From Gemmatimonadales bacterium (lineage in GTDB: Bacteria > Gemmatimonadota > Gemmatimonadetes > Gemmatimonadales > GWC2-71-9): a stretch of 57,305 nt of DNA. Numbering within the stretch: the stretch's first letter is position 1; every line of letters starts with the position of its first letter. This document shows, piece after piece, positions 52,899-57,305 of this stretch. Both the position numbers and the translations under genes were made by a program. The DNA lies in NCBI GenBank assembly GCA_036781225.1, contig DAIQBJ010000002.1, forward strand, positions 1 to 57,305, written 5' to 3'. A model generated the notes under the pieces. It did not search any database, was not told the origin of the DNA, and worked only from the letters and a program-made list of their open reading frames with translations.

Positions 52899-55800
52899 TG
52901 CCCCTCGATTTTCTGCTGGACAGGTTCGACGAACTTCCCGCCACACGGGCGCTGCTGGAACAGCTCCCGGCCGCCGGCAAGCGCGCGGGCGTCGGCGGGC
53001 TGCCCGGTTCGAGTGCGGCGGTGCTCGTCGCGACGCTCGTGCGACGGCTGCCGCAGCGACTGTTTGCCGTCGTCGCTCCGACGCCCGCGGATGGCGAGCG
53101 CTGGCTCGCCGACTTGCAGACGCTGCTCGGGTCCGACGCTCCCGCCCTGTATCCCCAGCGCGAGTCGCTCGGCGCAGAAGAGCCGCACTACGAGCTGGCC
53201 GGTGAGCGAATCGAGACGCTGGAGGCGCTGCTCCGTCTCGGGGGCGGGGGAACCGTACGCGTCGTGGTCACCACGGCGCGTGCCAGCGCGGAGCGCACCG
53301 CGGTACCGGCGGCGCTCGCCCAGTCCCGGCTGGTACTCCAGGCGTCCAAGGAGGAACAAGGACTTACCGAGGCAACGCAGCGCCTCGGTGCGATGGGATA
53401 CGCCCGCGTTCCCACCGTGACCGAAGTCGCCCAGTACAGCGTCCGTGGCGGCATTCTGGATGTGTACGGGTTCGGGATGGCAGCGCCGGCGCGGATCGAG
53501 TGGTGGGGAGATACCATCGTCTCGGTCCGCAGCTTCGATCTGGACACGCAGCGCTCGGGTGACGCGCTGGACCGGGTCACGGTTCTGCCGGTGAAATCAG
53601 AGCACGTCACGGTCAAGGGCGATACGCAGCGCAGTAATCTGCTCGAGCTGCTGCCCTCCGACACGCTTGTCGTCGTGGATCAGGAGTCGGCGGTGGAGCG
53701 CGAGGTGGAGCGCGCCTGGCAGGATGCGGCGCATCATCTCGAGGTCGCGCGCCGCATGGGTGAAGAGCCCCCTCCGCGCGATGAGTTGTTGGTCGATCCG
53801 GTGACGTGGCGATCGGTGCTCGCTCATCTCGGCCGGCTCGCATTATCGGACGCGGAGCTCGAGCGGCGCTTTCCCCTGGCGCCGCCCGAGCACATCGACC
53901 GCGATCTGAAGCGGTTGCGGCAAGTCGTTGCGAATCCACCGCCCACCGTCATTCTCTGCGACAACGAGGGCCAGCTGGAGCGGCTCGAGGAGCTGCTGGG
54001 CACCGATCAGGCACTGCTGGCCGTCGGCGCACTCGATGGCGGATTCATCATGCCGGCGCAGCGCGTCCTCACCGACCACGAGATCTTCCGCCGAGCCAGG
54101 CGGCTGCGCCGGCCGCGCCGCTATCGCACGGCGGTCTCGACTGCGGCTTCGCGCCCGCTCACGCCCGGCGGTTATGTGGTGCATCTCGAGCACGGCATCG
54201 GCATTTACCGGGGGCTGCAGACGATCGCGGTCGGTGCGGAAGGCGAGACCCTCGACGTCGCGGTGGTCGAGTACGAAGGCGGCGCTCGCCTGAATGTGCC
54301 GCTGTACCGCATCGATCAGCTGGAGCCATATCGGACCGTCGGCAGAGACGGTGATGGGGACGCGCCGCCGCCTCGCTTGCACCGGCTGGGCGCGACGACG
54401 TGGCAGCGCCAGCGCGACAAGACCCGGGCCGCGATCCGCGCCATGGCTGCGGAGCTGCTCGATCTGTATGCGCGGAGACAGCTGGCGGTGGGCTTCGCCT
54501 TCCCGCCGGATACACCGTGGCAGCGCGAGCTGGAGTCTGCCTTCCTCTATGAAGACACGCCTGATCAGCGGCGCGCGTCTGATGAGGTGAAGCGTGACAT
54601 GGAGCGCCCGCGCCCGATGGACCGTCTGCTCGTCGGCGATGTGGGATATGGCAAGACGGAAGTCGCGGTCCGCGCGGCTTTCAAGGCGGTTCAGGCCGGC
54701 AAGCAGGTCGTGGTGCTCGTGCCCACGACGATTCTCGCGGAGCAGCACGGCCGCACGTTTCGCGAACGCCTCGCCGACTATCCCGTCCGGATCGAGGTGC
54801 TGTCACGGTTTCGCAGCACCAAAGAGACGGGCGCCCTGCTCAAGCGGATCGCGCAGGGTCAGGTCGACATCGTCATCGGCACGCACCGGCTGCTGTCTCC
54901 CGACGTCACGCTCGAGGATCTCGGCCTGCTGATCGTCGATGAAGAGCACCGCTTTGGGGTGCGGCACAAGGAGCGGTTGAAGACGCTCAAGCTCAGCGTC
55001 GATGTGTTGACGTTGACCGCGACGCCCATCCCGCGCACGCTGCATCTCTCGCTCGCGGGGCTGCGCGATCTCGCGCTACTCGAGACGGCGCCCAAGGACC
55101 GGTCGCCGGTGCTTACGTTCGTCGAGCCCTGGGACGACGCGTTGCTGGAGGAGGCGATCGCGCGGGAGCTGGACCGTGGGGGGCAGGTCTATTTCGTTCA
55201 CAATCGGATCGAGACCATCGAGACGATCGCCGCGCGCGTTCAGGCGCTCGCGCCGCGCGCGCGCCTGGCGGTTGCGCACGGGCAGATGCGCGAACAGGAC
55301 CTTGAGGCCGTGATGGGGCGATTCGTGCGGGGTGACGTTGACGTCCTCGTGTCCACGATGATCGTCGAATCGGGGCTCGACGTCCCGAACGCCAACACGA
55401 TGATCGTCGATCGGGCCGACCGCTTTGGCCTGGCGCAGCTCTACCAGTTGCGGGGGCGCGTGGGGCGCAGCCACCGCCGCGCGTTCTGCTACCTCCTCGT
55501 TCCCGACCTGGTTGATGCACAGGCGGAGGAACGTTTGCAGGTACTCGAGCATCATACGGATCTGGGATCGGGGTATCGCATCGCGCTGCGTGATCTGGAG
55601 CTGCGGGGCGCCGGTAACCTGCTGGGAGGCGAGCAGTCGGGTCATGTCCAGGCCGTCGGCTTCGACATGTATCTTCGCTGGCTGGAAGAGGCGGTGCGCG
55701 CGCTGAAGAGTGGGGACGGGGGACGGGCGAAGCGGGAAGAGTGGGCGCCGCCGGACGTCACGCTGGATGCTCCCGCGCACTTCCCCGACGATTACGTGCC

Positions 55801-56194
55801 AGATGACGACGCGAAGCTCGATTTGTATCGGCGGCTGGCGCGGGCGGAGCAAGCATGTGAGATTCAAGCCGTTCGCGAGGAGCTGCGCGATCGATTTGGA
55901 CCTCTTCCCCCGGATGCCGAGCGTTTGTTACTCGTTGCCGAACTGCGCGCGCTGGGCGCGCGGGCGGGGTTGGAAACGGTCCTCATCAAGGGTGACGAAG
56001 CGCGGCTGACGTTCCGGCGCGATGCGGCGCCGCGGCTGGCCGGACTGCAGGTGGCCCTCGAGGCCGTCCAGTTCGAAGCGGACGTGCGGCGCGCGGTGCC
56101 GCTGTCCCTCAGGCTCCGCCGGCTGGGCGGAGAAACGATCGGCCCCGGTCTGGTCCGGGCGCTCACGGCCGTTCTGCGCGATCACCACGCTTAG
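52898..56194 (+). CDS. mfd: Transcription-repair coupling factor
   Basis: The protein is 1098 aa. The CarD/RNAP-interaction block is GGYVVHLEHGIGIYRGL. SF2 helicase motifs are LLVGDVGYGKTEVA, DEEHRFG, LTATPIPRT and QLRGRVGR. A C-terminal TRG/D7 region is present. Confidence 0.95.
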   Translation: MPLDFLLDRFDELPATRALLEQLPAAGKRAGVGGLPGSSAAVLVATLVRRLPQRLFAVVAPTPADGERWLADLQTLLGSDAPALYPQRESLGAEEPHYELAGERIETLEALLRLGGGGTVRVVVTTARASAERTAVPAALAQSRLVLQASKEEQGLTEATQRLGAMGYARVPTVTEVAQYSVRGGILDVYGFGMAAPARIEWWGDTIVSVRSFDLDTQRSGDALDRVTVLPVKSEHVTVKGDTQRSNLLELLPSDTLVVVDQESAVEREVERAWQDAAHHLEVARRMGEEPPPRDELLVDPVTWRSVLAHLGRLALSDAELERRFPLAPPEHIDRDLKRLRQVVANPPPTVILCDNEGQLERLEELLGTDQALLAVGALDGGFIMPAQRVLTDHEIFRRARRLRRPRRYRTAVSTAASRPLTPGGYVVHLEHGIGIYRGLQTIAVGAEGETLDVAVVEYEGGARLNVPLYRIDQLEPYRTVGRDGDGDAPPPRLHRLGATTWQRQRDKTRAAIRAMAAELLDLYARRQLAVGFAFPPDTPWQRELESAFLYEDTPDQRRASDEVKRDMERPRPMDRLLVGDVGYGKTEVAVRAAFKAVQAGKQVVVLVPTTILAEQHGRTFRERLADYPVRIEVLSRFRSTKETGALLKRIAQGQVDIVIGTHRLLSPDVTLEDLGLLIVDEEHRFGVRHKERLKTLKLSVDVLTLTATPIPRTLHLSLAGLRDLALLETAPKDRSPVLTFVEPWDDALLEEAIARELDRGGQVYFVHNRIETIETIAARVQALAPRARLAVAHGQMREQDLEAVMGRFVRGDVDVLVSTMIVESGLDVPNANTMIVDRADRFGLAQLYQLRGRVGRSHRRAFCYLLVPDLVDAQAEERLQVLEHHTDLGSGYRIALRDLELRGAGNLLGGEQSGHVQAVGFDMYLRWLEEAVRALKSGDGGRAKREEWAPPDVTLDAPAHFPDDYVPDDDAKLDLYRRLARAEQACEIQAVREELRDRFGPLPPDAERLLLVAELRALGARAGLETVLIKGDEARLTFRRDAAPRLAGLQVALEAVQFEADVRRAVPLSLRLRRLGGETIGPGLVRALTAVLRDHHA

Positions 56195-56215
56195 TTAAGG
56201 AAAGAGGAAAACGGG

Positions 56216-57305
56216 ATGCGACGTTTGAGTCTGGTGTTGTTGGTGCTGACGCCCCTGATGGTGCTGGGATGCAACGGCCTGCGGGATGCCTTCACCCCGC
56301 GCGCCGATGTCGTCGCGCGCGCCAACGACCAGACGCTGAGCGTGGAGCGAATGGCGACATGGGCGAGCAGCGGGAAACAGGTCCCGCTCGATCCCATGGC
56401 GTTCAGCCGGTTGTCGCACATCTGGGTCGATTACTCGCTCTTCGCGCAGGCGCTGGCCGCCGGCCAGAACCTGAACGATTCGGCGACGATGCTGTCGGCC
56501 ATGTGGCCGGTGGTGTCGCAGCTCAAGTGGGAGCACTTCCACGACAAGCTGAACGCGGGGACCGACTTCAGCGACAAGCAGGTAGATTCGGCGTACGAAG
56601 CCGGGGCGATGCGCATCTTTCAGCACATTCTCTTTCAAGTGCCGCCGAACGCCGCCCCGAACGTCGACGCGCAAAAGCGCCGTCAGGCTGACCAGCTGCT
56701 GCCCCAGGCCCGATCGGCGGGCGCGCGATTCGCTCAGTTGGCGAGCCGCTATTCGGACGATCCCGGATCGAAGGTTCAGGGGGGGTCGCTCGGCCTTAGC
56801 GGCCGCGGCCAGTTCGTTGGGCCATTTGAAGACGCGGCGTGGCAGCTTGCCCCCGGCGGGGTGAGCGCGGTCATCAAGAGTCCCTTCGGCTATCACATCA
56901 TTCGCCGGCCGCCGCTCGCTGAAGTGCGGGATTCATTCCGTACCGGCATCGAGGAGCGACTGCAGTTCCACGGCGATTCAGTGTATCTCGACAGTCTGTC
57001 GATCAGGCGGCGCATCGAGCCGGTGAGCCGTGCGCCCGCTTACGTGCGCGCGGCGATGCAGGACATCGACGCCTCGCGCACGAGCGGCAGGACATTGGTC
57101 AACTACCGCGGCGGCGCGGTCCGGGTGCGCGACCTCGTGCGCTGGGTGGCAGCGATGGACCCGTCGGTCGTGCAGGCGCTGCCACAGGCCACCGACGACC
57201 AAATCAACCAGTTCCTCAAGGCGATCACGCAGCGCGAGCTGCTCGTCAAGCAGGCCGACTCCGCCAAGGTCACGCTGACGCCCGAAGATCTGCAGCAGAT
57301 TCGCA
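56216..57305 (+). CDS. Lipoprotein peptidyl-prolyl cis-trans isomerase (parvulin/PpiC domain, SurA/PrsA-like), 3'-truncated by the window end
   Basis: This gene is not in the ORF track because no stop is reached. ATG 56216 follows AAGGAAAGAGGAAAA. A lipobox is present (LMVLGCNG). I translated the frame by hand to the window end and found no stops. The parvulin block is ASRYSDDPGSKVQGGSLGL..GQFVGPFEDAAW..KSPFGYHII. Confidence 0.75.
   Translation, partial: MRRLSLVLLVLTPLMVLGCNGLRDAFTPRADVVARANDQTLSVERMATWASSGKQVPLDPMAFSRLSHIWVDYSLFAQALAAGQNLNDSATMLSAMWPVVSQLKWEHFHDKLNAGTDFSDKQVDSAYEAGAMRIFQHILFQVPPNAAPNVDAQKRRQADQLLPQARSAGARFAQLASRYSDDPGSKVQGGSLGLSGRGQFVGPFEDAAWQLAPGGVSAVIKSPFGYHIIRRPPLAEVRDSFRTGIEERLQFHGDSVYLDSLSIRRRIEPVSRAPAYVRAAMQDIDASRTSGRTLVNYRGGAVRVRDLVRWVAAMDPSVVQALPQATDDQINQFLKAITQRELLVKQADSAKVTLTPEDLQQIR

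Noticed and set aside
56195-56896. A 233-aa minus-strand ORF and the plus-strand ORF 56269-56691 lie downstream of mfd.
   Set aside because: A third frame starting at ATG 56216 is open to the window end. It encodes a lipobox signal and a clear parvulin PPIase domain, so the listed ORFs are shadows of it.
1-57305. I searched for CRISPR arrays, IS elements or transposases, rRNA, toxin-antitoxin pairs, restriction-modification genes and other classical defence genes.
   Set aside because: None was seen. All repeats found are short coding low-complexity tracts or small regulatory-type repeats. No ORF translation shows transposase, integrase, Cas, methyltransferase-endonuclease or toxin motifs.

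Overview
This is a GC-rich bacterial chromosomal segment, roughly two-thirds G+C by eye (not computed). It is extremely gene-dense: about 50 protein genes plus one tRNA, and most gene junctions are 1-8 nt overlaps or gaps under 12 nt. All family calls come from motif recognition by eye on the supplied ORF translations. No database search was run.

The repertoire includes a TonB-dependent receptor with a CarboxypepD_reg-type N-terminus, a TolC/RND efflux set, a GT9 heptosyltransferase, FtsEX-EnvC and many lipobox lipoproteins. That points to a diderm organism, possibly Gemmatimonadota- or Acidobacteriota-like, which is inference only.

Most of the window is housekeeping: uvrA, pckA, maeB, nfo, pcm, ftsEX-envC, lepA, rho, mfd, sugar kinases and a trans-sulfuration enzyme. 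I saw no mobile element, CRISPR array, rRNA or compositional island.

The best candidate for an undescribed system lies at 12.7-21.9 kb. Two operons converge there.
- The plus-strand operon runs small protein, TonB-dependent receptor, gluzincin lipoprotein.
- The minus-strand operon runs small protein, porin-like barrel, ZnuA-like binding protein, ZnuB-like permease, small barrel, metzincin-like lipoprotein.
- Each operon is headed by a paralogous small secreted His/Cys-motif protein, contains an outer-membrane barrel, and ends in an HExxH lipoprotein.

Other points of interest:
- An orphan GHKL-ATPase plus STAS-like (DUF4325-type) pair at 31.5-32.9 kb.
- An N-terminally minimised Rho factor.
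- A triple-FHA membrane protein next to a PP2C phosphatase with no kinase nearby.
- A DUF4384-like protein with a long Glu-Pro-Arg repeat tail.
- A GGTGTC/GACACC repeat array in the uvrA divergent promoter region.
- A lipoprotein adaptor gene with no canonical start codon.
- Systematic overlap of convergent gene ends.
- A 13.4-kb run of 15 co-directional genes with no intergenic space.
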